From an uncultured Gemmatimonadota bacterium (GTDB taxonomy: Bacteria > JAAXHH01), in NCBI GenBank assembly GCA_951812955.1, contig OX638340.1, positions 2,048,001 through 2,112,000 of the forward strand: DNA of 64,000 bases. Direction: 5' to 3'. Shown piece after piece: positions 1 to 9,702 of this stretch. Numbering within the stretch: position 1 is the first letter of the stretch; each line of letters starts with the position of its first letter. The position numbers and the translations under genes were made by a program. Below the pieces are notes generated by a model that was given only the letters and a program-made list of their open reading frames with translations, was not told the origin of the DNA and ran no database searches.

Positions 1-792
1 CTCTGGGACATCGCGGGCAAGGCCGGCGGACGGCCCGTCTACCAACTCCTGGGTGGCGCGCACAGGCTGAAGTTCCGGGCCTATGCTTCCGTCCTGTTTG
101 GAGACACGCCTGCCACGACCCGGACAATCGGGCAGAAGTACGCCGACCAGGGATTCACGGCAGTCAAGTTCGGCTGGGGACCCATGGGCCAGGACGAAAC
201 GCAGGACGTCGCACTGGTGCGGGAGGCGCGCCGGGGCACGGGTGACGAGGTGGACGTACTCATCGACGCGGGGCAGGTCTGGGATTCGGAAACCGCGCTG
301 ATCCGGTCCCGCCAGTTTGCCGAATACCGACCCTTCTGGATCGAAGAGCCGCTGCACCCCGACGACATCGATGGGTATGCCTCACTGACCGCGGAGAGTC
401 CGGTTCCCATCGCCACAGGAGAAGCGGAATCCCGTCTCGAGGACTTTGAACGCCTGGTCACCAGGGGCGGGCTCGACTGGATTCAACCGGATCCGGGCCG
501 CTGCGGCATTACGACCATGGCCGCGGCCGGCCGGACCGCCCACCGGCACGGCCGCAAGGTCGTTAATCACAGTTACAAGAGCGGCATTACCATGGCGGCG
601 TCGCTCCATGCCCTGGCCTCCCTGCCCAACGCGTCCGTCTTCGAATTCTGCATGTCGGATTCGCCGCTGAGACATGAACTGACGCATGAACGTTTTACAA
701 TTGATGAAGACGGTTTCGTGGCGGTGCCGGAAGGACCCGGACTCGGCGTCACGGTGAACGAGGAAACCGTAAACCAGTACCGCGTAGCGTAG
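1..792 (+). CDS. enolase-superfamily (mandelate racemase/muconate lactonizing enzyme family) sugar-acid dehydratase-like protein, 5'-truncated at window edge
   Basis: C-terminal 202 aa with typical MR/MLE C-terminal domain signatures (EEP..D.. metal-ligand region, 'FWIEEPLHPDD', 'ATGE'); ORF open to position 1. Confidence 0.8.
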   Translation, partial: LWDIAGKAGGRPVYQLLGGAHRLKFRAYASVLFGDTPATTRTIGQKYADQGFTAVKFGWGPMGQDETQDVALVREARRGTGDEVDVLIDAGQVWDSETALIRSRQFAEYRPFWIEEPLHPDDIDGYASLTAESPVPIATGEAESRLEDFERLVTRGGLDWIQPDPGRCGITTMAAAGRTAHRHGRKVVNHSYKSGITMAASLHALASLPNASVFEFCMSDSPLRHELTHERFTIDEDGFVAVPEGPGLGVTVNEETVNQYRVA

Positions 793-816
793 TCTTATCT
801 CAAAGGAGTTGCAACG

Positions 817-1218
817 ATGGCCGCCCCCTCACCAGTCATGCATGCCGCACTCAACCGGATAAATATCGACGAGATCAAGGAACAGATAGGACCGCCGCCT
901 GCATCCTGCGCGGTCGTTGCAGCAGACCACGTGACGGCGGCGTTCATCTGGCAGGAATCGGGCACGATCAACGACAACCACTGCCACGATTACGACGAAT
1001 GGTGGCTCGTACTGGAAGGCGAGATCGACTGGGTGATCGAAGGCCGGAATGAACCGGTCCACGCAAAAGCGGGAGATTTCATCTACGTGCCCGCCCTGAC
1101 CTTCCATCACATATTCCCGGTGGGCGGCAAGCCTTCGATCCGACTGGGGGTCGCCCTGACGGGACACGGCCACCTCCACGAGCGGCCGGAGCGCAAGGTA
1201 AAGGTCACGTTGGAGTAG
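817..1218 (+). CDS. cupin-domain protein
   Basis: 133 aa; AAAGGAG RBS 8 nt upstream of ATG; cupin-like His/Glu pattern (HCHDYDEWWLVLEGE...H). Confidence 0.6.
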   Translation: MAAPSPVMHAALNRINIDEIKEQIGPPPASCAVVAADHVTAAFIWQESGTINDNHCHDYDEWWLVLEGEIDWVIEGRNEPVHAKAGDFIYVPALTFHHIFPVGGKPSIRLGVALTGHGHLHERPERKVKVTLE

Positions 1219-1253
1219 TATCACAACGGGTAGCGCCACAACGGAGTGAATGC

Positions 1254-1913
1254 ATGTCTACGAGAAATGAAAACCTCGCATCCATGAAGGAAGGCGGTGT
1301 GGTCGCGGTGCTCAGGGCAAGCAGTCCCGACGCGCTGGTCCACGTCGCCCAGGCTATCGGGAGGGGCGGGGTCGGGGCCGTCGAGATCACCATGACGACG
1401 CCCGGCGCCCTGGGCGTCATCGAAGAATGTGCGAGCAGGCTCGGGGGCGAACTGCTCCTTGGCGCAGGTTCCGTGCTGGACCCGGAGACGGCCCGCGCCG
1501 CCATACTGGCCGGCGCCGAATACATCGTGACACCAACGTTGAACCCGGACGTCATCACCCTCTGCCGCCGGTACGACAAGGTCGTCATCCCGGGCGCGTT
1601 GACGCCGACGGAAATACTGACGGCCTGGGAATGCGGCGCGGACATCGTGAAGGTGTTTCCTGCCACCGTGGTCGGACCTCGGTATTTCAGGGACGTGAAA
1701 GCGCCGCTTCCGCAGGTCGATCTCATGCCGACGGGTGGGGTAAACCTGGATAACGCCGGAGATTTCATCCGGGCCGGGGCCTGCGCCGTCGCCGTGGGCA
1801 GCAACCTGGTCGATAAGGCCGCCGTGGCCGCGGGCGAATGGCATGTGCTCACAGATACGGCCCGGGATTATGTGGATGCGGTCAGAAACGCCCGTCAGGA
1901 TGGTGGTGGATGA
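1254..1913 (+). CDS. eda: 2-dehydro-3-deoxyphosphogluconate (KDPG)/4-hydroxy-2-oxoglutarate aldolase
   Basis: 219 aa; characteristic Eda family sequence (VVAVLR..., GAVEITMTTPGAL, Schiff-base Lys region 'IVKVFPA', 'MPTGGV'). Confidence 0.85.
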   Translation: MSTRNENLASMKEGGVVAVLRASSPDALVHVAQAIGRGGVGAVEITMTTPGALGVIEECASRLGGELLLGAGSVLDPETARAAILAGAEYIVTPTLNPDVITLCRRYDKVVIPGALTPTEILTAWECGADIVKVFPATVVGPRYFRDVKAPLPQVDLMPTGGVNLDNAGDFIRAGACAVAVGSNLVDKAAVAAGEWHVLTDTARDYVDAVRNARQDGGG

Positions 1914-2743
1914 TTCGGAAGGCCGTGGTTCCCGTTGCGGGCCTGGGCACGCGGATGCTGCCCCTCACACGGTCAGTTCCCAAGGAAATGCTGCCCCTGG
2001 GCCGAAAACCGGCGATACACCGCGTGGTCGATGAACTGGCGGCGGCGGGAATCGAACATATCCTGTTCGTGACGTCCAGCCGAAAAACGGCGATCGAAGA
2101 GTACTTCGTGTCCGGCGGTCGGGAGGGTGGCCCGCCCCCGCTCGACTACGCTTTCGCCCGTCAGGATGTCCCGGCCGGAAACGGCGACGCCGTGCGGCTG
2201 GGCAAGGCCTTTGCGGGATCTGAACCCTTCGTCGTGGCCTGGGGCGACGCCGTGATCCGGTCGGCGACGGAAGGCAGCGTCGTGCGGCGCATGATGGAAA
2301 CCCACGCGAGAGCGCACGCCGCGTGCACCATTGCGGTGGAGTATGTACCCGAGGACAAGGTGTCGCGATACGGCATCGTAAAGCCCAGGTACGAATCCGA
2401 CACGGCCTTCCCCATCGACGATATCGTGGAGAAACCGGCGGCGGAAACCGCGCCCAGCCGCTACGCTGTTTCAGCCCGGTACATATGTGGCGCCGGGATC
2501 TTTACCGCGCTGGAGGAGACTCCCAGGGGAAGGAAAGGCGAGTTGTGGCTCGCCGACGCCATCCGCAGCTTGCTCCGTGAGGGCGGTCCGGTCTGGTGTG
2601 TGCCCCTGGACACTGACAGCAGGCGCTACGACATTGGCACACCCCTGACCTACTGGGAAGCCTTTGCCGATTACGCCCTGGAGGACGAGGCGGACGGAAC
2701 CTCCTTTCGTGAACTCCTGCAAGGGCGGTTGAACGATTCATAA
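1910..2743 (+). CDS. galU: UTP--glucose-1-phosphate uridylyltransferase-like sugar-1-phosphate nucleotidyltransferase
   Basis: N-terminus 'KAVVPVAGLGTRMLP...PKEMLPL' matches GalU signature; ATGA start/stop overlap with eda. Confidence 0.8.
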   Translation: MIRKAVVPVAGLGTRMLPLTRSVPKEMLPLGRKPAIHRVVDELAAAGIEHILFVTSSRKTAIEEYFVSGGREGGPPPLDYAFARQDVPAGNGDAVRLGKAFAGSEPFVVAWGDAVIRSATEGSVVRRMMETHARAHAACTIAVEYVPEDKVSRYGIVKPRYESDTAFPIDDIVEKPAAETAPSRYAVSARYICGAGIFTALEETPRGRKGELWLADAIRSLLREGGPVWCVPLDTDSRRYDIGTPLTYWEAFADYALEDEADGTSFRELLQGRLNDS

Positions 2744-2852
2744 CGAGCGAGTGGCAACGCGCATGGAGCATGCGTATCGGGGCACACACCTGCTTGACAA
2801 CACGCATCGGGCGTGCGTTCAGCGTGAATAGCGCGCACGCATTGGAGTCCAA

Positions 2853-3836
2853 TTGAACGGTACCGTAACCGCTTCCGCGCCCGGCCGGGTCGGCATCGTG
2901 GGCAATCCGACCGACATGTACGGCGGCAGCGTGATCTCGTGCTCGACGAAGGAAAGGGCGCGGGTCGATATACAGCCGGCGGACCGCCTGATTCTGGATG
3001 CCGGCGCCGAACAGCGGGTCATCTCGACGCCGGACGACCTGGTCACAAGGGAAGACATCTTCGATATCGCCCGGGTCGCGCTTTCCGGATCCGAATCGAC
3101 GGACCTGCGCGTCAGGATCTCCTGGACGACCGATATTCCTTTCCGTGCCGGACTGTCGGGGTCTACCGCGCTGCTCGTATCCATGGTAGCCGGCCTGCTC
3201 GCCTTCCGCGGCACCCGCCTCAGTCCCTATCACCAGGCGGAACTCGTCCGCAGAATCGAGTACCGGAACCTGACATTCTGCGGGTACCAGGATGCCTACA
3301 TGTGTACCTTCGGCGGGCTGCATTACATGGACTTCAGGGGGAAGGAATTCCACCTGGAATACGGGACCGATCCTTTCGCCACCATGGAACTGATCGAAAT
3401 GTCCGCAGCCCTGCCGGCCGTCGTGATCATCACAGGAGGGCAGCGCGTCTCCGGAGGCGTGCATACGCCCTTGCGGGAACGCTGGCTCGCCGGGGAGACA
3501 GAAGTGGTCGAGGCATACGAGGCCATCGCCGGCCTGGCCCGGGAAGGCAAGAAAGCAGTACTTGAAGACCGGCTCGACAAGCTGGGAAAGCTGATGAACG
3601 AGAACCAGACACTGACGCAGTCGCTCGGCGGATCCAATCTGGAGGACGACAGGTTCATCGAACTGGCCCGGCAGGCAGGCGCGTCCGGCGCCAAGCTCGC
3701 GGGCAGCAGCGGCGCTATCGTCGTGCTTCACGAGTCACCCGGAGATCTAGTAAAAGTAATGATGGACGCCGGTGCAGTGGGCATGCTGGAACCCGCACCG
3801 GGACCGGGGCTCCGTATCGAGCAGGAAGAATCATGA
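2853..3836 (+). CDS. GHMP-family sugar kinase (specificity unknown)
   Basis: TTG start with GGAG upstream; GHMP motif II-like 'PFRAGLSGSTALLVSMVAG'; 327 aa. Confidence 0.7.
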   Translation: MNGTVTASAPGRVGIVGNPTDMYGGSVISCSTKERARVDIQPADRLILDAGAEQRVISTPDDLVTREDIFDIARVALSGSESTDLRVRISWTTDIPFRAGLSGSTALLVSMVAGLLAFRGTRLSPYHQAELVRRIEYRNLTFCGYQDAYMCTFGGLHYMDFRGKEFHLEYGTDPFATMELIEMSAALPAVVIITGGQRVSGGVHTPLRERWLAGETEVVEAYEAIAGLAREGKKAVLEDRLDKLGKLMNENQTLTQSLGGSNLEDDRFIELARQAGASGAKLAGSSGAIVVLHESPGDLVKVMMDAGAVGMLEPAPGPGLRIEQEES

Positions 3837-3899
3837 GCGGGAAGAGCCATGAGCAGGAATGAATTATAGAAGAACTATATTGGTTGTAAGGGAGACGCC

Positions 3900-5192
3900 G
3901 TGAACATCACGCTCGACTACGACAGGTCCGGACTCGAAGTGCGTGTCCCGGACGAGAACCTCGTCGCGGTCCTGAACATGCGGGAGACGCCGCCGCTGGA
4001 TGACCCCGTTGCCGCGACTGGAGATGCGCTTTGCCAGCCCGTGGCCAGCCCACCGCTCGAGGAGATCGTCCGGGGCCGCCGGAACGCCTGCGTGGTTGTC
4101 TCCGACATCACGCGTCCCGTGCCCCACGACATTATCCTGCCGCCGCTGCTGGAGTGCCTGGAACGGTGCGAACTGCCGCCGGAGAATATCACCATCCTGG
4201 TCGCCACCGGGCTGCACGCTCCGATGGACGACGCGCAGCTTCGCGAGACCCTGACCGACGACGTGGTCGAGCGCTATCCCATCGTCAACCACATCGCACG
4301 CAACGGAAATGAACAGGCCGATCTGGGGACCACGAGCACCGGTATCCCCATCCACGTGGACCGCAGATATGTCGAAAGCGACCTCAAGGTGCTGACCGGG
4401 TTGATCGAGCCGCACTTCATGGCCGGGTATTCGGGTGGACGCAAGCTCGTCGCGCCCGGACTCGTGGGCGTCGAAACGATCGAGCACCTCCACGGACCTG
4501 GGATACTGGAACACCCCCGCGCCACGACGGGCGTCCTCGACGGCAACCCGCTTCACGAAGCCTCGCTTGAAATCGCCCGTAAGGCCTGGGTCGATTTCAT
4601 TCTCAACGTCGCCATGGACGAGGACCGCCGTGTCACCGGGGTGTTTGCCGGCGAACTCGACCGTGCGCACCGGTTCGGGGTCGACCACGTGAACGGCATG
4701 GTGGTGGCCACCGTCGAGGAACCGGTGGACATCGTCGTGACCTCAGCTGCAGGCTATCCCCTGGACACGACCTTCTACCAGGCCGTGAAGGGCATGGTCG
4801 GCGTGCTGGACATCCTGAAGGAGGGCGGATCCATCGTCATCGCCGCCGGATGCGCCGACGGGATCGGCAGCGCGGAGTTCGAAGGGTTGCTTCGGAAGAC
4901 GACGGACATCCACGCATTTGTCGAATGGATCCAGCAACCGGGCGTATTCACCATCGACCAGTGGGAGATCGAGGAACTGGTCAAGGCGTTGAAGAAGGGC
5001 CGGGTATATCTTTACACGGATGGATTGAGTGACGAGGACGTGCGCGCATGCCTGGTCGAGCCGGTTCCTTCCGTCGAGGCGGGCATCGCACGCGCCGTGG
5101 ATCGCCACGGCCCCAGCGCAACCATCGCCGTAGTCCCGAGAGGTCCCTACGTCATTCCCCGGGTTGTTCCCGGGCAGGACGCCGCCGGTTAG
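3900..5192 (+). CDS. larA: LarA-family (lactate racemase-like, nickel-pincer nucleotide dependent) 2-hydroxyacid racemase/epimerase homolog
   Basis: 430 aa; DUF2088/LarA N-terminal domain architecture; GTG start after AAGGGAGA RBS. Confidence 0.75.
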   Translation: MNITLDYDRSGLEVRVPDENLVAVLNMRETPPLDDPVAATGDALCQPVASPPLEEIVRGRRNACVVVSDITRPVPHDIILPPLLECLERCELPPENITILVATGLHAPMDDAQLRETLTDDVVERYPIVNHIARNGNEQADLGTTSTGIPIHVDRRYVESDLKVLTGLIEPHFMAGYSGGRKLVAPGLVGVETIEHLHGPGILEHPRATTGVLDGNPLHEASLEIARKAWVDFILNVAMDEDRRVTGVFAGELDRAHRFGVDHVNGMVVATVEEPVDIVVTSAAGYPLDTTFYQAVKGMVGVLDILKEGGSIVIAAGCADGIGSAEFEGLLRKTTDIHAFVEWIQQPGVFTIDQWEIEELVKALKKGRVYLYTDGLSDEDVRACLVEPVPSVEAGIARAVDRHGPSATIAVVPRGPYVIPRVVPGQDAAG

Positions 5193-5217
5193 CGCATGGC
5201 TTAACAACGAGCTTTCC

Positions 5218-5745
5218 ATGACCTCCAACAAGTACGTCCACCATACGCCCTGCATACACCCATCCGCCTTCGTTGCGGAAAGCGCCGATCTGATCGGTGC
5301 GGTCCACATCGGCAAGGACGCAAGCGTCTGGTACCAGGTGGTGATCCGGGCGGATGACGAACCCGTGACCATCGGCGGCGGGACCAACGTACAGGACGGT
5401 AGCGTTCTCCACATCGACACGGGCATGCCCACCGTACTTGGAGAGGGCGTAACCGTGGGGCACCGGGCGATTGTCCACGGCGCGGTAGTGGAAGATCACG
5501 TATTGGTCTCCATGGGCGCCGTGATCCTCAGTGGCGCGCACATCGGCCAGAACAGCATCATCGGCGCCGGCGCACTGGTGCTCGAAAACATGGAAGTGCC
5601 TCCGGGATCCCTTGTCGTGGGCGTTCCCGGACGCGTGGTTCGGTCCGTAACGGACGAGCAGATCGAACGCATTCACCGCACCGCGGAGGGGTATGTAACA
5701 CGTCGTGGAATCTACCTCGAACGGCGCGCTCACGGTACCTCTTGA
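5218..5745 (+). CDS. gamma-class carbonic anhydrase / hexapeptide-repeat (left-handed beta-helix) protein
   Basis: hexapeptide repeats and conserved His ligands (HxxxxH pattern 'HRAIVHGAVVEDH') typical of the YrdA/gamma-CA family. Confidence 0.75.
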   Translation: MTSNKYVHHTPCIHPSAFVAESADLIGAVHIGKDASVWYQVVIRADDEPVTIGGGTNVQDGSVLHIDTGMPTVLGEGVTVGHRAIVHGAVVEDHVLVSMGAVILSGAHIGQNSIIGAGALVLENMEVPPGSLVVGVPGRVVRSVTDEQIERIHRTAEGYVTRRGIYLERRAHGTS

Positions 5746-5794
5746 CCTCGTAATTTTGGGCGCTCCGGCTACCGTGCTTGGCTTCAAAATTCGC

Positions 5795-5823
5795 TTGACT
5801 TTCGCGGTCTCGACCTGTAGTTT
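5795..5823 (+). promoter_or_regulatory. candidate sigma70-type promoter for tRNA-Arg/tadA (TTGACT-17 bp-TAGTTT)
   Basis: TTGACT at 5795-5800, 17-bp spacer, TAGTTT at 5818-5823, ~27 nt upstream of tRNA 5' end. Confidence 0.4.
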
Positions 5824-5849
5824 CCGGTGCTCTGTTATGCAGGTCATGA

Positions 5850-5923
5850 GCGCCTGTAGCTCAATTGGATAGAGCACCTGACTACGGATCAGGAGGTTGG
5901 GGGTTCGACTCCCTCCGGGCGTA
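5850..5923 (+). tRNA. tRNA-Arg (anticodon ACG)
   Basis: cloverleaf with 7-bp acceptor stem, TTCGACT T-loop, anticodon loop CTACGGA. Confidence 0.9.
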
Positions 5924-5944
5924 TATTACGCGGGACGCGGCGCC

Positions 5945-6438
5945 ATGAGAAGCAACGGCGGAGAACACGAGGGATGGCTTCGGCTGGCCCTTGAAGAAGC
6001 CAGGTCGGCCGGCGCTGCCGGCGATGTGCCTGTCGGAGCCGTGATCGTACACGACGGCGTTGTGATCGGACGGGGTCAGAATCGCGTGGAACGTCTGCGT
6101 GATCCCACCGCCCATGCCGAAATGCTCGCGATCCGCGACGCCAGCGCCGCACTGGGTTACGAGCGGCTTGCCGGTGCCGCACTCTACGTTACGCTTGAAC
6201 CCTGCGCCATGTGCGCGGGCGCGATCGTGCTGGCCCGCTTGCAGCGCCTTGTGTACGGTGCCGCCGATCCCAAGACCGGAGCATGTGGTTCACTGCGCGA
6301 TATCGTGCGGGACACCCGGTTGAATCACCAGGTGGAAGTTGCGGGAGGTGTTCTGGCAGAGACCTGTTCAGGCCTGCTGAAGGACTTCTTCAGATCGAAA
6401 CGCAGAACGGGAGATACGGCTGTCGAACCGAGGTTGCC

Positions 6439-6460
<22 letters not shown>
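5945..6460 (+). CDS. tadA: tRNA-specific adenosine-34 deaminase
   Basis: CDA fold zinc motifs 'HAEMLAI' and 'PCAMCAGA'; 3' end overlaps the start of tRNA-Ser by ~20 nt. Confidence 0.85.
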
Positions 6461-6528
<68 letters not shown>

Positions 6529-6673
6529 CTTTCCATCTAAGCCACTCATTTAATTTGACTTATACTTTTGATACATGACAATTGCTCCGGATTCATTTCC
6601 GCAATTGTTCAGCATTTCGAATCCTAACCCTGCTTCATTCTCATCCATCCGCGTCATACCACACACACGTATC

Positions 6674-8644
6674 TCACCGCCCGGTTCGCGCGAAAGCAAC
6701 GAGCGACGCTTCTTCCCCTGAACCCGTTGCGATGACGACGAACTGCCGACCCGACCGGGTACGGTACGTCATCGGGTTCCCGTTTGCAGGATACGTCGTC
6801 CCGCCGCGCCAGATCTCGGCGCCGGTCGTCTTGTCGAAGGCGTACAGGTACGGATCGCCGCCGCCGAGGAATACGACGCCGCCCCGGGTCACCATCGGCC
6901 CGGAGTTCCCGATCGTGCCCATCCGCTCCGGCAGGTCGACACCGCTAAGCAACGGATGCTCGCGGATCTCCTCGCTACCTTCCCCGAACGGCACCCGCCA
7001 CGCAATCTCTCCCGCGTGAAGGTCAATCGCCACCAGGTGCGCGTAGGGTGGTTTGGTGAGCGGGATCGGGCCGAGTGGCCTCTCTGGGGCCTCCGCGGCA
7101 CCTGGGCCGCCGACCTCCCTGTACATGACGAGCGTCGCGCCAAAGGGACAGTTGTTGCTGTATTCCACGTCGACGCGCGGGTCGTCGCCCGTATTCTCGC
7201 AGAGCTGGTTCGTGTCGGCCTCCTCCGAAGTCCGCACGTACAGTATTCCGGTCTCGGGGTCGAAGGCCGCCCCGCCCCAGTTCGCTCCGCCGCTCGCGCC
7301 CGGGCGCTGGAGCGTCCCCCGGAGACTCGGCGGGGTGAATAGAGGACCCATCCGAAACTGCTTCATCTCTGCCACCGCGAGCGCATGGATCTCCGGTGTC
7401 AGGTCGTTCGCGTCGTCGAGCGACACCCCCTGCCTGCCGAATGGCGGCGGTTTGGTCGGGAACGGCTGCGTCGGATACAGCACCTCGCCAGGCACGTCCG
7501 TGGTCGTGTCCACGGCACGCTCCTCGATCGGCCATACCGGCTCACCTGTGACCCGGTCGAGCACGAATGTGAAGCCGTTTTTAGCTACTTGGGCCACCGC
7601 GTCGATTTCGCGGCCGCCCACCGTGATCGTCACCAGGTTCGGCGCCGCGGCCAAGTCGTAGTCCCACACGCCGTGGTGCACGGTCTGGAAGTGCCACCGC
7701 CGTTCGCCTGTGCGTGCGTCGAGACACACGAGGGACTCGGCGAAAAGATTCGCCCCCGGGCGTCGGCCTCCCCAGTAGTCGCTGCTTGGCGTGCTCGTCG
7801 GCGCATAGAGGAGTCCCCGCTCGGCGTCGAGCGACATCAGTCCCCACACGTTGGCGTGACCGCTATAACGCCAGGACTCGTCCTCCCAGGTCTCTGCACC
7901 GAAGTCGTCGCCTGATTGCGGGACAGTGAAGAATACCCAACGACGCTCGCCCGTTCGTACGTCGAAGGCCTGCACGGTTCCGGGCGGGTCAAACTTTCGC
8001 TGCACCCCGTCGGGCACCCGGCTCCCCACGATGACCAGATCTTCGAACACCACCGGAGGCGAGGTCTGGTCAAACTCATATCGGCTCACCTCGCGGCCAT
8101 GTCCCCTGGTCAACAGCACGCTCCCGTTCTCGCCAAAGTCCCTGACCAGTTTTCCGGTCACAGCGTTGATCGAATACAGCCGATCGCGGCTGTTGAGGAA
8201 TACACGGACAGCGCCTTCGTCTTTCCAGATAGCGATGCCCCGGTGCTTGAATCCGGTCGGCCCCGCACCTTCCTGCCCACCCTCGTACGCCCTGGGATCG
8301 AAAGCCCAGAGCACTACGCCAGTTTCGGCGTCAAGCGCAACGACGCGCGTGTACATGGTCGTCAGGTAGAGGACGTCACCCATCATGACGGGCGTTGCCT
8401 GGAAAGGCCCCGGTCGCGTGCCGTATTCCTGGAGGGGCGTCTCGTTTGGCTTCCACTCCCAGACGATCTCCAGATCACCGGCGTTGGCCGCCGTTATTTC
8501 TGCCGCCGCCGAGTACTTGGTGTGCTCCTGGTCGGACCCGACAAAGGGCCACTCGGCCATGACTGTCGGTTCCTGGGCGACCGAATTCCCTGTGTTCGCG
8601 AGGGAAAATGATATCAATAACGCTGTTGCAAGAATTCGTTTCAT
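6674..8644 (-). CDS. PQQ-dependent (quinoprotein) dehydrogenase, secreted (glucose/sugar dehydrogenase-like)
   Basis: 656 aa with N-terminal signal peptide; multiple W-rich beta-propeller repeats characteristic of PQQ quinoproteins. Confidence 0.8.
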   Translation of the reverse strand: MKRILATALLISFSLANTGNSVAQEPTVMAEWPFVGSDQEHTKYSAAAEITAANAGDLEIVWEWKPNETPLQEYGTRPGPFQATPVMMGDVLYLTTMYTRVVALDAETGVVLWAFDPRAYEGGQEGAGPTGFKHRGIAIWKDEGAVRVFLNSRDRLYSINAVTGKLVRDFGENGSVLLTRGHGREVSRYEFDQTSPPVVFEDLVIVGSRVPDGVQRKFDPPGTVQAFDVRTGERRWVFFTVPQSGDDFGAETWEDESWRYSGHANVWGLMSLDAERGLLYAPTSTPSSDYWGGRRPGANLFAESLVCLDARTGERRWHFQTVHHGVWDYDLAAAPNLVTITVGGREIDAVAQVAKNGFTFVLDRVTGEPVWPIEERAVDTTTDVPGEVLYPTQPFPTKPPPFGRQGVSLDDANDLTPEIHALAVAEMKQFRMGPLFTPPSLRGTLQRPGASGGANWGGAAFDPETGILYVRTSEEADTNQLCENTGDDPRVDVEYSNNCPFGATLVMYREVGGPGAAEAPERPLGPIPLTKPPYAHLVAIDLHAGEIAWRVPFGEGSEEIREHPLLSGVDLPERMGTIGNSGPMVTRGGVVFLGGGDPYLYAFDKTTGAEIWRGGTTYPANGNPMTYRTRSGRQFVVIATGSGEEASLVAFARTGR

Positions 8645-9048
8645 TATATCGGCAGTTCTTGAAAACCGCTTTGACTTCAGGAATCGCAGGTACGTATCCC
8701 GACATGGGACGCCAGGTGAAGAACCCGAGCAAGACGCGCGCGGTTCGAGATTTGGTCATGGTATATAGTTATTAAACACAATCAAGATGAATTCGGGGGG
8801 TTTTCTTGCTGTATAGCGCTTTTTAAACAAACGAGGCGATTACAACCCGACTGGTGAATTTCTATTGTTTCTGCAGGTTGGAAATGTTAAGTTACCTGAC
8901 CTGAAACGACGATGAGGTGTCGATGCAATGTGGTAGCAACTGTTTTGGTTTTTAAACTCGTGCGACAGTCAAAAACCCTGTCAACATTGGCCAGGGGAAC
9001 GAATTGTTGTGGGCATATTGGCGGTATTCGAGTATGCGACAATACCTG

Positions 9049-9133
9049 GGAGAGGTGCGAGAGCGGTCGAATCGGCACGCCTGGAGAGCGTGTGTTCACC
9101 ATGTGGACCGTGGGTTCGAATCCCACCCTCTCC
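9049..9133 (+). tRNA. tRNA-Ser (anticodon GGA)
   Basis: same acceptor/T-arm as the 6439 tRNA-Ser; anticodon loop CTGGAGA; long variable arm. Confidence 0.85.
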
Positions 9134-9229
9134 GTTGAAATCCGGGAAACCGGAATTGGAACGAAGGGGGAGTCGGATCTGGCCAGTCCTTGCCGGCCAT
9201 TTGGTACCGTGCCTCGTTCCACGAAATTT

Positions 9230-9302
9230 GGGGCAGTAGCTCAGTTGGGAGAGCGCCAGAATCGCAATCTGGAGGTCGGCGGTTCGATTCCGCTCTGCTC
9301 CA
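9230..9302 (+). tRNA. tRNA-Ala (anticodon CGC)
   Basis: GGGGCAG acceptor with G3:U70 Ala identity pair; anticodon loop ATCGCAA. Confidence 0.85.
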
Positions 9303-9376
9303 CTCGAGACGACGTGGCCGGCGTGATCATCAGACGGCCGTCCATGTCGTCCCGTAATACAGGCTTGGTACGAATA

Positions 9377-9650
9377 CGGTCGTGCTAGACGGGGAGTTAG
9401 CGGTGCCCTGTAACCCGCAATCCGCTACAGCGGGGTCGAATTCCCATCCCAAGGATCGCACTTGCGTCGCCGGTATGCGTTACAGCCGGTATTGAAAGTC
9501 AGGTCCTGCGCAACGTGACAACGCCCAACTCCGTCAGGACCGGAAGGTAGCAGCGGTAAGCGACTGAATCGTGTGCCGCGGGAGCGCCTGGCCGGAGCCG
9601 GCGGTACGGATGCCCCGATACGAGGAGATTCGAGGGTGGGTGCACGACCG
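9377..9650 (+). ncRNA. ffs: signal recognition particle RNA, long (Bacillus-type, Alu-domain-containing) form
   Basis: 5' segment 'CGGTCGTGCTAGACGGGGAGTTAGCGGTGCCCTGTAACCCGCAATCCGC...GAATTCCC' closely matches the B. subtilis scRNA 5' domain; domain IV motif 'GTCAGGACCGGAAGGTAGCAGC' at 9534-9555; 3' 'GCACGACCG' pairs with the 5' end; position just upstream of dnaX is the canonical ffs locus. Confidence 0.8.
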
Positions 9651-9702
9651 CTTAACTGTTTCCTCTTGATTTCGCCTGCCTTTCGTCCCGCTTAACCCAG
9701 GC

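Noticed and set aside
8887-9388. ORFs 8887..9222(-) and 8912..9388(+) across tRNA-Ser(GGA)/tRNA-Ala
   Set aside because: They overlap tRNA genes and the start of the SRP RNA, and carry no protein signatures.
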